Shown here: positions 1 through 13,210 of the stretch, piece by piece | How positions within the stretch are numbered: position 1 is the first letter of the stretch | Layout: each line of letters starts with the position of its first letter | Origin: Macrostomum hystrix | Lineage: Eukaryota; Animalia; Platyhelminthes | NCBI GenBank assembly: GCA_950097015.1 | Contig: CATNEN010000039.1 | Span: 6,882,001 to 6,946,000, forward strand | DNA: 64,000 bases | Reading direction: 5' to 3' | Notes under the pieces: generated by a model | Told to the model about the DNA's origin: nothing | The model's input: the letters and a program-made list of their open reading frames with translations, nothing else | Database searches by the model: none | Program-made: the position numbers and the translations under genes

Positions 1-3000
1 CCGCAAGGCCCGTCGTAGCGTCCGCAAGGCCAGAAAGAGCAACAGAAGACGCGCTCGCAAGACCACACGGCAGCTGAAGAAGCGTGCCCGCAAGGCCCGT
101 CGTAGCGTCCGCAAGACAAGAAAGAGCAACAGAAGACGCGCTCGCAAGACGAGACGACAGCAGAAGAAACGTGCCCGCAAAGCTAAGCGAAGCGTCCGCA
201 AGGCCAGAAAGAGCAACAGACGCGCACGCAGGACCAGAAAGACCAACAAAAGAGGCGCTCGCAAGACCAGACGGCAGCAGAAGAAGCGTGCCCGCAAGGC
301 CCGTCGTAGCGTCCGCAAGGCTAGAAAGAGCAACAGAAGACGCGCTCGCAAGACCAGACGGCAGCAGAAGAAGCGTACCAGCAAGGCCCATCGTAGCGTC
401 CGCAAGGCCAGAAAGAGTAACAGAAGACGCGCTCGCAGGACCAGAAAAAGCAACAGAAGAGGCGCTCGCAAGACCAGACGGCAGCAGAAGAAGCGTGCCC
501 GCAAGGCCCGTCGTAGCGTCCGCAAGGCCAGAAAGAGCAACAGAAGACGCGCTCGCAAGACCACACGGCAGCAGAAGAAGCGTGCCCGCAAGGCCCGTCG
601 TAGCGTCCGCAAGACAAGAAAGAGCAACAGAAGACGCGCTCGCAAGACGAGACGACAGCAGAAGAAACGTGCCCGCAAAGCTAGGCGAAGCGTCCGCAAG
701 GCCAGAAAGAGTAACAGACGCGCACGCAGGACCAGAAAGACCAACAAAAGAGGCGCTCGCAAGACCAGACGGCAGCAGAAGAAGCGTGCCCGCAAGGCCC
801 GTCGTAGCGTCCGCAAGGCCAGAAACAGCAACAGAAGACGCGCTCGCAAGACCAGACGGCAGCAGAAGAAGCGTACCAGCAAGGCCCATCGTAGCGTCCG
901 CAAGGCCAGAAAGAGTAACAGAAGACGCGCTCGCAGGACCAGAAAAAGCAACAGAAGAGGCGCTCGCAAGACGAGACGACAGCAGAAGAAACGTGCCCGC
1001 AAAGCTAGGCGAAGCGTCCGCAAGGCCAGAAAGAGCAACAGACGCGCTCGCAAGACCAGAAAGAGCAACAGAAGACGCGCTCGCAAGACCAGACGGCAGC
1101 AGAAGATGCGTGCCCGCAAGGCCCGTCGTAGCGTCCGCAAGGCCAGAAAGAGCAACAGACGCGCTCGCAGGACCAGAAAAAGCAACAGAAGAGGCGCTCG
1201 CAAGACCAGACGGCAGCAGAAGAAGCGCGCCCGCAAGGCCCGTCGTAGCGTCCGCAAGGCTAGAAAGAGCAACAGAAGACGCGCTCGCAAGACCACACGG
1301 CAGCAGAAGAAGCGTGCCCGCAAGGCCCGTCGTAGCGTCCGCAAGACCAGAAAGAGCAACAGACGCGCTCGCAGGACCAGAAAAAGCAACAGAAGAGGCG
1401 CTCGCAAGACCAGACGGCAGCAGAAGAAGCGTGCCCGCAAGGCCCGTCGTAGCGTCCGCAAGGCCAGAAAGAGCAACAGAAGACGCGTCCGCAAGGCCAC
1501 ACGGCAGCAGAAGAAGCGTGCCCGCAAGGCCCGTCGTAGCGTCCGCAAGACCAGAAAGAGCAACAGACGCGCTCGCAGGACCAGAAAAAGCAACAGAAGA
1601 GGCGCTCGCAAGACCAGACGGCAGCTGAAGAAGCGTGCCCGCAAGGCCCGTCGTAGAGTCCGCAAGGCCAGAAAGAGCAACAGACGCGCTCGCAAGACCA
1701 GAAAGAGCAACAGAAGACGCGCTCGCAAGACCAGACGGCAGCTGAAGAAGCGTGCACGCAAGGCCCGTCGTAGTGTCCGCAAGGCCAGAAAGAGTAACAG
1801 AAGACGCGCTCGCAAGAGCAGAAAGAGCAACAAAAGAGGCGCTCGCAAGACCAGAAGGCAGCTGAAGAAGCGTGCCCGCAAGGCCCGTCTTAGCGTCCGC
1901 AAGACCAGAAAGAGCAACAGAAGACGCGCTCGCAAGACGAAACGACAGCAGAAGAAACGTGCCCGCAAATCTAGGCGAAGCGTCCGCAAGGCCAGAAAGA
2001 GCAACAGACGCGCACGCAGGACCAGAAAGACCAACAAAAGAGGCGCTCGCAAGACCAGACGGCAGCAGAAGAAGCGTGCCCGCAAGGCCCGTCGTAGCGT
2101 CCGCAAGGCCAGAAAGAGCAACAGAAGACGCGCTCGCAAGACCAGAAAAAGCAAGACAAGACGCGCTCGCAAGACCAGACGGCAGCTGAAGAAGCGTGCC
2201 CGCAAGGCCCGTCGTAGCGTTCGCAAGGCCAGAAGGAGCAACAGACGCGCTCGCAGGACCAGAAAAAGCAACAGAAGAGGCGCTCGCAAGACCAGACGGC
2301 AGCAGAAGAAGCGTGCCCGCAAGGCCCGTCGTAGCGTCCGCAAGGCCAGAAAGAGCAACAGAAGACGCGCTCGCAAGAGCAGAAAGAGCAACAGAAGACG
2401 CGCTCGCAAGAACAGACGGCAGCAGAAGAAGCGTGCCCGCAAGGCCCGTCGTAGCGTCCGCAAGGCCAGAAAGAGCAACAGAAGACGCGCTCGCAAGACC
2501 AGACGGCAGCTGAAGAAGCGTGCCCGCAAGGCCCGTCGTAGCGTCCGCAAGACAAGAAAGAGCAACAGAAGACGCGCTCGCAAGACGAGACGACAGCAGA
2601 AGAAACGTGCCCGCAAAGCTAGGCGAAGCGTCCGCAAGGCCAGAAAGAGTAACAGACGCGCACGCAGGACCAGAAAGACCAACAAAAGAGGCGCTCGCAA
2701 GACCAGACGGCAGCAGAAGAAGCGTGCCCGCAAGGCCCGTCGTAGCGTCCGCAAGGCCAGAAAGAGCAACAGAAGACGCGCTCGCAAGACCAGACGGCAG
2801 CAGAAGAAGCGTACCAGCAAGGCCCATCGTAGCGTCCGCAAGGCCAGAAAGAGTAACAGAAGACGCGCTCGCAGGACCAGAAAAAGCAACAGAAGAGGCG
2901 CTCGCAAGACCAGACGGCAGCAGAAGAAGCGTGCCCGCAAGGCCCGTCGTAGCGTCCGCAAGGCCAGAAAGAGCAACAGAAGACGCGCTCGCAAGAGCAG

Positions 3001-6000
3001 AAAGAGCAACAGAAGACGCGCTCGCAAGAACAGACGGCAGCAGAAGAAGCGTGCCCGCAAGGCCCGTCGTAGCGTCCGCAAGGCCAGAAAGAGCAACAGA
3101 AGACGCGCTCGCAAGACCAGACGGCAGCTGAAGAAGCGTGCCCGCAAGGCCCGTCGTAGCGTCCGCAAGGCCAGAAAGAGCAACAGAAGACGCGCTCGCA
3201 AGACCACACGGCAGCTGAAGAAGCGTGCCCGCAAGGCCCGTCGTAGCGTCCGCAAGACAAAAAAGAGGAACAGAAGACGCGCTCGCAAGACGAGACGACA
3301 GCAGAAGAAACGTGCCCGCAAAGCTAGGCGAAGCGTCCGCAAGGCCAGAAAGAGCAACAGACGCGCTCGCAGGACCAGAAAAAGCAACAGAAGACGCGCT
3401 CGCAAGACCAGAAAAAGCAACAGAAGACGCGCTCGCAAGACCAGACGGCAGCAGAAGAAGCGTGCCCGCAAGGCCCGTCGTAGCGTCCGCAAGGCCAGAA
3501 AGAGCAACAGAAGACGCGCTCGCAAGACCAGAAGGCAGCTGAAGAAGCGTGCCCGCAAGGCCCGTCGTAGCGTCCGCAAGGCCAGAAAGAGCAACAGAAG
3601 ACGCGCTCGCAAGACCACACGGCAGCTGAAGAAGCGTGCCCGCAAGGCCCGTCGTAGCGTCCGCAAGACAAGAAAGAGCAACAGAAGACGCGCTCGCAAG
3701 ACGAGACGACAGCAGAAGAAACGTGCCCGCAAAGCTAAGCGAAGCGTCCGCAAGGCCAGAAAGAGCAACAGACGCGCACGCAGGACCAGAAAGACCAACA
3801 AAAGAGGCGCTCGCAAGACCAGACGGCAGCAGAAGAAGCGTGCCCGCAAGGCCCGTCGTAGCGTCCGCAAGGCTAGAAAGAGCAACAGAAGACGCGCTCG
3901 CAAGACCAGACGGCAGCAGAAGAAGCGTACCAGCAAGGCCCATCGTAGCGTCCGCAAGGCCAGAAAGAGTAACAGAAGACGCGCTCGCAGGACCAGAAAA
4001 AGCAACAGAAGAGGCGCTCGCAAGACCAGACGGCAGCAGAAGAAGCGTGCCCGCAAGGCCCGTCGTAGCGTCCGCAAGGCCAGAAAGAGCAACAGAAGAC
4101 GCGCTCGCAAGACCACACGGCAGCAGAAGAAGCGTGCCCGCAAGGCCCGTCGTAGCATCCGCAAGGCCAGAAAGAGTAACAGAAGACGCGCTCGCAAGAC
4201 CAGAAAAAGCAACAGAAGACGCGCTCGCAAGACCAGACGGCAGCAGAAGAAGCGTGCCCGCAAGGCCCGTCGTAGCGTCCGCAAGGCCAGAAAGAGCAAC
4301 AGAAGACGCGCTCGCAAGACCAGACGGCAGCAGAAGAAGCGTGCCCGCAAGGCCCGTCGTAGCGTCCGCAAGGCCAGAAAGAGCAACAGACGCGCTCGCA
4401 GGACCAGAAAAAGCAACAGAAGAGGCGCTCGCAAGACCAGACGGCAGCAGAAGAAGCGTACCCGCAAGGCCCGTCGTAGCGTCCGCAAGGCCAGAAAGAG
4501 CAACAGAAGACGCGCTAGCAAGAGCAGAAAGAGCAACAGAAGACGCGCTCGCAAGACCAGACGACAGCAGAAGAAGCGTGCCCGCAAGGCCCGTCGTAGC
4601 GTCCGCAAGGTCAGAAAGAGCAACAGAAGACGCGCTCGCAAGACCAGAAAAAGCAACAGAAGAGGCGCTCGCAAGACCAGACGGCAGCAGAAGAAGCGTG
4701 CCCGCAAGGCCCGTCGTAGCGTCCGCAAGACCAGAAAGAGCAACAGAAGACGCGCTCGCAAGACCACACGGCAGCAGAAAAAGCGTGCCCGCAAGGCCCG
4801 TCGTGGCGTCCGCAAGGCCAGAAAGAGCAACAGAAGACGCGCTCGCAAGACCAGAAGGCAGCTAAAAAAGCGTGCCCGCAAGGCCCGTCGTAGCGTCCGC
4901 AAGGCCAGAAAGAGCAACAGACGCGCTCGCAGGACCAGAAAAAGCAACAGAAGAGGCGCTCGCAAGACCAGACGGCAGCAGAAGAAGCGCGCCCGCAAGG
5001 CCCGTCGTAGCATCCGCAAGGCCAGAAAGAGTAACAGAAGACGCGCTCGCAAGACCAGAAAAAGCAACAGAAGACGCGCTCGCAAGACCAGACGGCAGCA
5101 GAAGAAGCGTGCCCGCAAGGCCCGTCGTAGCGTCCGCAAGGCTAGAAAGAGCAACAGAAGACGCGCTCGCAAGACCAGACGGCAGCAGAAGAAGCGTACC
5201 AGCAAGGCCCATCGTAGCGTCCGCAAGGCCAGAAAGAGTAACAGAAGACGCGCTCGCAGGACCAGAAAAAGCAACAGAAGAGGCGCTCGCAAGACCAGAC
5301 GGCAGCAGAAGAAGCGTGCCCGCAAGGCCCGTCGTAGCGTCCGCAAGGCCAGAAAGAGCAACAGAAGACGCGCTCGCAAGACCACACGGCAGCAGAAGAA
5401 GCGTGCCCGCAAGGCCCGTCGTAGCATCCGCAAGGCCAGAAAGAGTAACAGAAGACGCGCTCGCAAGACCAGAAAAAGCAACAGAAGACGCGCTCGCAAG
5501 ACCAGACGGCAGCAGAAGAAGCGTGCCCGCAAGGCCCGTCGTAGCGTCCGCAAGGCCAGAAAGAGCAACAGAAGACGCGCTCGCAAGACCAGACGGCAGC
5601 AGAAGAAGCGTGCCCGCAAGGCCCGTCGTAGCGTCCGCAAGGCCAGAAAGAGCAACAGACGCGCTCGCAGGACCAGAAAAAGCAACAGAAGAGGCGCTCG
5701 CAAGACCAGACGGCAGCAGAAGAAGCGTACCCGCAAGGCCCGTCGTAGCGTCCGCAAGGCCAGAAAGAGCAACAGAAGACGCGCTAGCAAGAGCAGAAAG
5801 AGCAACAGAAGACGCGCTCGCAAGACCAGACGACAGCAGAAGAAGCGTGCCCGCAAGGCCCGTCGTAGCGTCCGCAAGGTCAGAAAGAGCAACAGAAGAC
5901 GCGCTCGCAGGACCAGAAAAAGCAACAGAAGAGGCGCTCGCAAGACCAGACGGCAGCAGAAGAAGCGTGCCCGCAAGGCCCGTCGTAGCGTCCGCAAGAC

Positions 6001-9000
6001 CAGAAAGAGCAACAGAAGACGCGCTCGCAAGACCACACGGCAGCAGAAAAAGCGTGCCCGCAAGGCCCGTCGTGGCGTCCGCAAGGCCAGAAAGAGCAAC
6101 AGAAGACGCGCTCGCAAGACCAGAAGGCAGCTAAAAAAGCGTGCCCGCAAGGCCCGTCGTAGCGTCCGCAAGGCCAGAAAGAGCAACAGACGCGCTCGCA
6201 GGACCAGAAAAAGCAACAGAAGAGGCGCTCGCAAGACCAGACGGCAGCAGAAGAAGCGCGCCCGCAAGGCCCGTCGTAGCATCCGCAAGGCCAGAAAGAG
6301 TAACAGAAGACGCGCTCGCAAGACCAGAAAAAGCAACAGAAGACGCGCTCGCAAGACCAGACGGCAGCAGAAGAAGCGTGCCCGCAAGGCCCGTCGTAGC
6401 GTCCGCAAGGCCAGAAAGAGCAACAGAAGACGCGCTCGCAAGACCAGACGGCAGCAGAAGAAGCGTGCCCGCAAGGCCCGTCGTAGCGTCCGCAAGGCCA
6501 GAAAGAGCAACAGAAGACGCGCTCGCAAGACCAGACGGCAGCTGAAGAAGCGTGCCCGCAAGGCCCGTCGTAGCGTCCGCAAGGCCAGAAAGAGCAACAG
6601 AAGACGCGCTCGCAAGACCAGAAGGCAGCTGAAGAAGCGTGCCCGCAAGGCCCGTCGTAGCGTCCGCAAGGCCAGAAAGAGCAACAGAAGACGCGCTCGC
6701 AAGACCACACGGCAGCTGAAGAAGCGTGCCCGCAAGGCCCGTCGTAGCGTCCGCAAGACAAGAAAGAGCAACAGAAGACGCGCTCGCAAGACGAGACGAC
6801 AGCAGAAGAAACGTGCCCGCAAAGCTAAGCGAAGCGTCCGCAAGGCCAGAAAGAGCAACAGACGCGCACGCAGGACCAGAAAGACCAACAAAAGAGGCGC
6901 TCGCAAGACCAGACGGCAGCAGAAGAAGCGTGCCCGCAAGGCCCGTCGTAGCGTCCGCAAGGCTAGAAAGAGCAACAGAAGACGCGCTCGCAAGACCAGA
7001 CGGCAGCAGAAGAAGCGTACCAGCAAGGCCCATCGTAGCGTCCGCAAGGCCAGAAAGAGTAACAGAAGACGCGCTCGCAGGACCAGAAAAAGCAACAGAA
7101 GAGGCGCTCGCAAGACCAGACGGCAGCAGAAGAAGCGTGCCCGCAAGGCCCGTCGTAGCGTCCGCAAGGCCAGAAAGAGCAACAGAAGACGCGCTCGCAA
7201 GACCACACGGCAGCAGAAGAAGCGTGCCCGCAAGGCCCGTCGTAGCATCCGCAAGGCCAGAAAGAGTAACAGAAGACGCGCTCGCAAGACCAGAAAAAGC
7301 AACAGAAGACGCGCTCGCAAGACCAGACGGCAGCAGAAGAAGCGTGCCCGCAAGGCCCGTCGTAGCGTCCGCAAGGCCAGAAAGAGCAACAGAAGACGCG
7401 CTCGCAAGACCAGACGGCAGCAGAAGAAGCGTGCCCGCAAGGCCCGTCGTAGCGTCCGCAAGGCCAGAAAGAGCAACAGACGCGCTCGCAGGACCAGAAA
7501 AAGCAACAGAAGAGGCGCTCGCAAGACCAGACGGCAGCAGAAGAAGCGTACCCGCAAGGCCCGTCGTAGCGTCCGCAAGGCCAGAAAGAGCAACAGAAGA
7601 CGCGCTAGCAAGAGCAGAAAGAGCAACAGAAGACGCGCTCGCAAGACCAGACGACAGCAGAAGAAGCGTGCCCGCAAGGCCCGTCGTAGCGTCCGCAAGG
7701 TCAGAAAGAGCAACAGAAGACGCGCTCGCAAGACCAGAAAAAGCAACAGAAGAGGCGCTCGCAAGACCAGACGGCAGCAGAAGAAGCGTGCCCGCAAGGC
7801 CCGTCGTAGCGTCCGCAAGACCAGAAAGAGCAACAGAAGACGCGCTCGCAAGACCACACGGCAGCAGAAAAAGCGTGCCCGCAAGGCCCGTCGTGGCGTC
7901 CGCAAGGCCAGAAAGAGCAACAGAAGACGCGCTCGCAAGACCAGAAGGCAGCTAAAAAAGCGTGCCCGCAAGGCCCGTCGTAGCGTCCGCAAGGCCAGAA
8001 AGAGCAACAGACGCGCTCGCAGGACCAGAAAAAGCAACAGAAGAGGCGCTCGCAAGACCAGACGGCAGCAGAAGAAGCGCGCCCGCAAGGCCCGTCGTAG
8101 CATCCGCAAGGCCAGAAAGAGTAACAGAAGACGCGCTCGCAAGACCAGAAAAAGCAACAGAAGACGCGCTCGCAAGACCAGACGGCAGCAGAAGAAGCGT
8201 GCCCGCAAGGCCCGTCGTAGCGTCCGCAAGGCTAGAAAGAGCAACAGAAGACGCGCTCGCAAGACCAGACGGCAGCAGAAGAAGCGTACCAGCAAGGCCC
8301 ATCGTAGCGTCCGCAAGGCCAGAAAGAGTAACAGAAGACGCGCTCGCAGGACCAGAAAAAGCAACAGAAGAGGCGCTCGCAAGACCAGACGGCAGCAGAA
8401 GAAGCGTGCCCGCAAGGCCCGTCGTAGCGTCCGCAAGGCCAGAAAGAGCAACAGAAGACGCGCTCGCAAGACCACACGGCAGCAGAAGAAGCGTGCCCGC
8501 AAGGCCCGTCGTAGCATCCGCAAGGCCAGAAAGAGTAACAGAAGACGCGCTCGCAAGACCAGAAAAAGCAACAGAAGACGCGCTCGCAAGACCAGACGGC
8601 AGCAGAAGAAGCGTGCCCGCAAGGCCCGTCGTAGCGTCCGCAAGGCCAGAAAGAGCAACAGAAGACGCGCTCGCAAGACCAGACGGCAGCAGAAGAAGCG
8701 TGCCCGCAAGGCCCGTCGTAGCGTCCGCAAGGCCAGAAAGAGCAACAGACGCGCTCGCAGGACCAGAAAAAGCAACAGAAGAGGCGCTCGCAAGACCAGA
8801 CGGCAGCAGAAGAAGCGTACCCGCAAGGCCCGTCGTAGCGTCCGCAAGGCCAGAAAGAGCAACAGAAGACGCGCTAGCAAGAGCAGAAAGAGCAACAGAA
8901 GACGCGCTCGCAAGACCAGACGACAGCAGAAGAAGCGTGCCCGCAAGGCCCGTCGTAGCGTCCGCAAGGTCAGAAAGAGCAACAGAAGACGCGCTCGCAG

Positions 9001-12000
9001 GACCAGAAAAAGCAACAGAAGAGGCGCTCGCAAGACCAGACGGCAGCAGAAGAAGCGTGCCCGCAAGGCCCGTCGTAGCGTCCGCAAGACCAGAAAGAGC
9101 AACAGAAGACGCGCTCGCAAGACCACACGGCAGCAGAAAAAGCGTGCCCGCAAGGCCCGTCGTGGCGTCCGCAAGGCCAGAAAGAGCAACAGAAGACGCG
9201 CTCGCAAGACCAGAAGGCAGCTAAAAAAGCGTGCCCGCAAGGCCCGTCGTAGCGTCCGCAAGGCCAGAAAGAGCAACAGACGCGCTCGCAGGACCAGAAA
9301 AAGCAACAGAAGAGGCGCTCGCAAGACCAGACGGCAGCAGAAGAAGCGCGCCCGCAAGGCCCGTCGTAGCATCCGCAAGGCCAGAAAGAGTAACAGAAGA
9401 CGCGCTCGCAAGACCAGAAAAAGCAACAGAAGACGCGCTCGCAAGACCAGACGGCAGCAGAAGAAGCGTGCCCGCAAGGCCCGTCGTAGCGTCCGCAAGG
9501 CCAGAAAGAGCAACAGAAGACGCGCTCGCAAGACCAGACGGCAGCAGAAGAAGCGTGCCCGCAAGGCCCGTCGTAGCGTCCGCAAGGCCAGAAAGAGCAA
9601 CAGAAGACGCGCTCGCAAGACCAGACGGCAGCTGAAGAAGCGTGCCCGCAAGGCCCGTCGTAGCGTCCGCAAGGCCAGAAAGAGCAACAGAAGACGCGCT
9701 CGCAAGACCACACGGCAGCTGAAGAAGCGTGCCCGCAAGGCCCGTCGTAGCGTCCGTAAGGCCAGAAAGAGCAACAGACGCGCTCGCAAGACCAGAAAGA
9801 GCAACAGAAGACGCGCTCGCAAGACCAGACGGCAGCTGAAGAAGCGTGCCCGCAAGGCCCGTCGTAGCGTCCGCAAGACAAGAAAGAGCAACAGAAGACG
9901 CGCTCGCAAGACGAGACGACAGCAGAAGAAACGTGCCCGCAAAGCTAAGCGAAGCGTCCGCAAGGCCAGAAAGAGCAACAGACGCGCACGCAGGACCAGA
10001 AAGACCAACAGAAGAGGCGCTCGCAAGACCACACGGCAGCAGAAGAAGCGTGCCCGCAAGGCCCGTCGTAGCGTCCGCAAGGCCAGAAAGAGGAACAGAC
10101 GCGCTCGCAAGACCAGAAAGAGCAACAGAAGACGCGCTCGCAAGACCAGACGGCAGCTGAAGAAGCGTGCCCGCAAGGCCCGTCGTAGCGTCCGCAAGGC
10201 CAGAAAGAGCAACAGAAGACGCGCTCGCAAGACGAGACGACAGCAGAAGAAGCGTGCCCGCAAAGCTAGGCGAAGCGTCCGCAAGGCCAGAAAGAGCAAC
10301 AGACGCGCACGCAGGACCAGAAAGACCAACAGAAGAGGCGCTCGCAAGACCACACGGCAGCAGAAGAAGCGTGCCCGCAAGGCCCGTCGTAGCGTCCGCA
10401 AGGACAGAAAGAGTAACACAAGACGCGCTCGCAAGACCAGAAAAAGCAACGGAAGAGGCGCTCGTAAGACCAGACGGCAGCAGAAGAAGCGTGCCCGCAA
10501 GGCCCGTCGTAGCGTCCGCAAGGCCAGAAAGAGCAACAGAAGAAGCGCTCGCAAGACCAGACGACAGCAGAAGAAGCGTGCTCGCAAAGCTAGGCGTAGC
10601 GTCCGCAAGGCCAGAAAGAGCTACAGACGCGCTCGCAAGACCAGAAAGAGCAACAGAAGACGCGCTCGCAAGACCAGACGGCAGCAGAAGAAGCGTGCTC
10701 GCAAAGCTAGGCGTAGCGTCCGCAAGGCCAGAAAGAGCAACAGACGCACTCTCAAGGCCAGAAAGAGCAACAGACGCGCTCGCAAGACCAGACGGCAGCT
10801 GAAGAAGCGTGCCCGCAAGTCCCGTCGTAGCGTCCGCAAGGCCAGAAAGAGCAACAGACGCACTCTCAAGGCCAGAAAGAGCAACAGACGCGCTCGCAAG
10901 ACCAGACGGCAGCTGAAGAAGCGTGCCCGCAAGGCCCGTCGTAGCGTCCGCAAGACCAGAAAGAGCAACAGAAGACGCGCTCGCAAGACCACACGGCAGC
11001 AGAAAAAGCGTGCCCGCAAGGCCCGTCGTGGCGTCCGCAAGGCCAGAAAGAGCAACAGAAGACGCGCTCGCAAGACCAGAAGGCAGCTAAAAAAGCGTGC
11101 CCGCAAGGCCCGTCGTAGCGTCCGCAAGACCAGAAAGAGCAACAGACGCGCTCGCAGGACCAGAAAAAGCAACAGAAGAGGCGCTCGCAAGACCAGACGG
11201 CAGCAGAAGAAGCGCGCCCGCAAGGCCCGTCGTACCGTCCGCAAGGCCAGAAAGAGCAACAGAAGACGCGTCCGCAAGGCCAGAAAGAGCAACAGAAGAC
11301 GCGCTCGCAAGACCACACGGCAGCAGAAGAAGCGTACCCGCAAGGCCCGTCGTAGCATCCGCAAGGCCAGAAAGAGTAACAGAAGACGCGCTCGCAAGAC
11401 CAGAAAAAGCAACAGAAGACGCGCTCGCAAGACCAGACGGCAGCAGAAGAAGCGTGCCCGCAAGGCCCGTCGTAGCGTCCGCAAGGCCAGAAAGAGCAAC
11501 AAAAGACGCGCTCGCAAGACCAGACGGCAGCTGAAGAAGCGTGCCCGCAAGGCCCGTCGTAGCGTCCGCAAGGCCAGAAAGAGCAACAGAAGACGCGCTC
11601 GCAAGACCACACGGCAGCTGAAGAAGCGTGCCCGCAAGGCCCGTCGTAGCGTCCGCAAGGCCAGAAAGAGCAACAGAAGACGCGCTCGCAAGACCACACG
11701 GCAGCTGAAGAAGCGTGCCCGCAAGGCCCGTCGTAGCGTCCGTAAGGCCAGAAAGAGCAACAGACGCGCTCGCAAGACCAGAAAGAGCAACAGAAGACGC
11801 GCTCGCAAGACCAGACGGCAGCTGAAGAAGCGTGCCCGCATGGCCCGTCGTAGCGTCCGCAAGGCCAGAAAGAGCAACAGAAGACGCGCTGGCAAGACGA
11901 GACGACAGCAGAAGAAGCGTGCCCGCAAAGCTAGGCGAAGCGTCCGCAAGGCCAGAAAGAGCAACAGACGCGCACGCAGGACCAGAAAGACCAACAGAAG

Positions 12001-13210
12001 AGGCGCTCGCAAGACCACACGGCAGCAGAAGAAGCGTGCCCGCAAGGCCCGTCGTAGCGTCCGCAAGGCCAGAAAGAGGAACAGACGCGCTCGCAAGACC
12101 AGAAAGAGCAACAGAAGACGCGCTCGCAAGACCAGACGGCAGCTGAAGAAGCGTGCCCGCAAGGCCCGTCGTAGCGTCCGCAAGGCCAGAAAGAGCAACA
12201 GAAGACGCGCTCGCAAGACGAGACGACAGCAGAAGAAGCGTGCCCGCAAAGCTAGGCGAAGCGTCCGCAACGCCAGAAAGAGCAACAGACGCGCACGCAG
12301 GACCAGAAAGACCAACAGAAGAGGCGCTCGCAAGACCACACGGCAGCAGAAGAAGCGTGCCCGCAAGGCCCGTCGTAGCGTCCGCAAGGACAGAAAGAGT
12401 AACACAAGACGCGCTCGCAAGACCAGAAAAAGCAACAGAAGAGGCGCTCGTAAGACCAGACGGCAGCAGAAGAAGCGTGCCCGCAAGGCCCGTCGTAGCG
12501 TCCGCAAGGCCAGAAAGAGCAACAGAAGAAGCGCTCGCAAGACCAGACGACAGCAGAAGAAGCGTGCTCGCAAAGCTAGGCGTAGCGTCCGCAAGGCCAG
12601 AAAGAGCAACAGACGCGCTCGCAAGACCAGAAAGAGCAACAGAAGACGCGCTCGCAAGACCAGACGGCAGCAGAAGAAGCGTGCTCGCAAAGCTAGGCGT
12701 AGCGTCCGCAAGGCCAGAAAGAGCAACAGACGCACTCTCAAGGCCAGAAAGAGCAACAGACGCGCTCGCAAGACCAGACGGCAGCTGAAGAAGCGTGCCC
12801 GCAAGTCCCGTCGTAGCGTCCGCAAGGCCAGAAAGAGCAACAGACGCACTCTCAAGGCCAGAAAGAGCAACAGACGCGCTCGCAAGACCAGACGGCAGCT
12901 GAAGAAGCGTGCCCGCAAAGCTAGGCGTAGCGTCCGCAAGACCAGACAGAGCAACAGAAGACGCGCTCGCAAGACCAGACGTCAGCAGAAGAAGCCTGCC
13001 CGCAAGGCTCGTCGTAGCGCCCGCAAGACCAGAAAGAGCAACAAAAGACGCGCTCGCAAGACCAGACGTCAGCAGAAGAAGCCTGCCCGCAAGGCTCGTC
13101 GTAGCGTTCGCAAGGCCAGAAAGAGCAACAGACGCGCTCGCAAGACCAGAAAGAGCAACAGACGCGCTCGCAAGACCAGAAAGAGCAACAGAAGACGCGC
13201 TCGAAAGACT
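1..13210 (+). repeat. Coding tandem repeat: 87-bp (29-aa) core unit plus 33/30-bp sub-units, with higher-order duplications of ~1269, ~3090 and ~1986 bp
   Basis: Consensus RARKARRSVRKARKSNRRRARKTRRQQKK. Identical or near-identical alternative-frame ORFs recur at 3636/6726, 4872/7962 and 6141/9231 (offset 3090), 3873/5142 (1269) and 10167/12153 (1986). Confidence 0.95.

Noticed and set aside
1106-1108. ATG given as the start of the 4313-aa ORF
   Set aside because: It is a point variant (AAG->ATG) inside a repeat unit, and the frame is open back to base 2.
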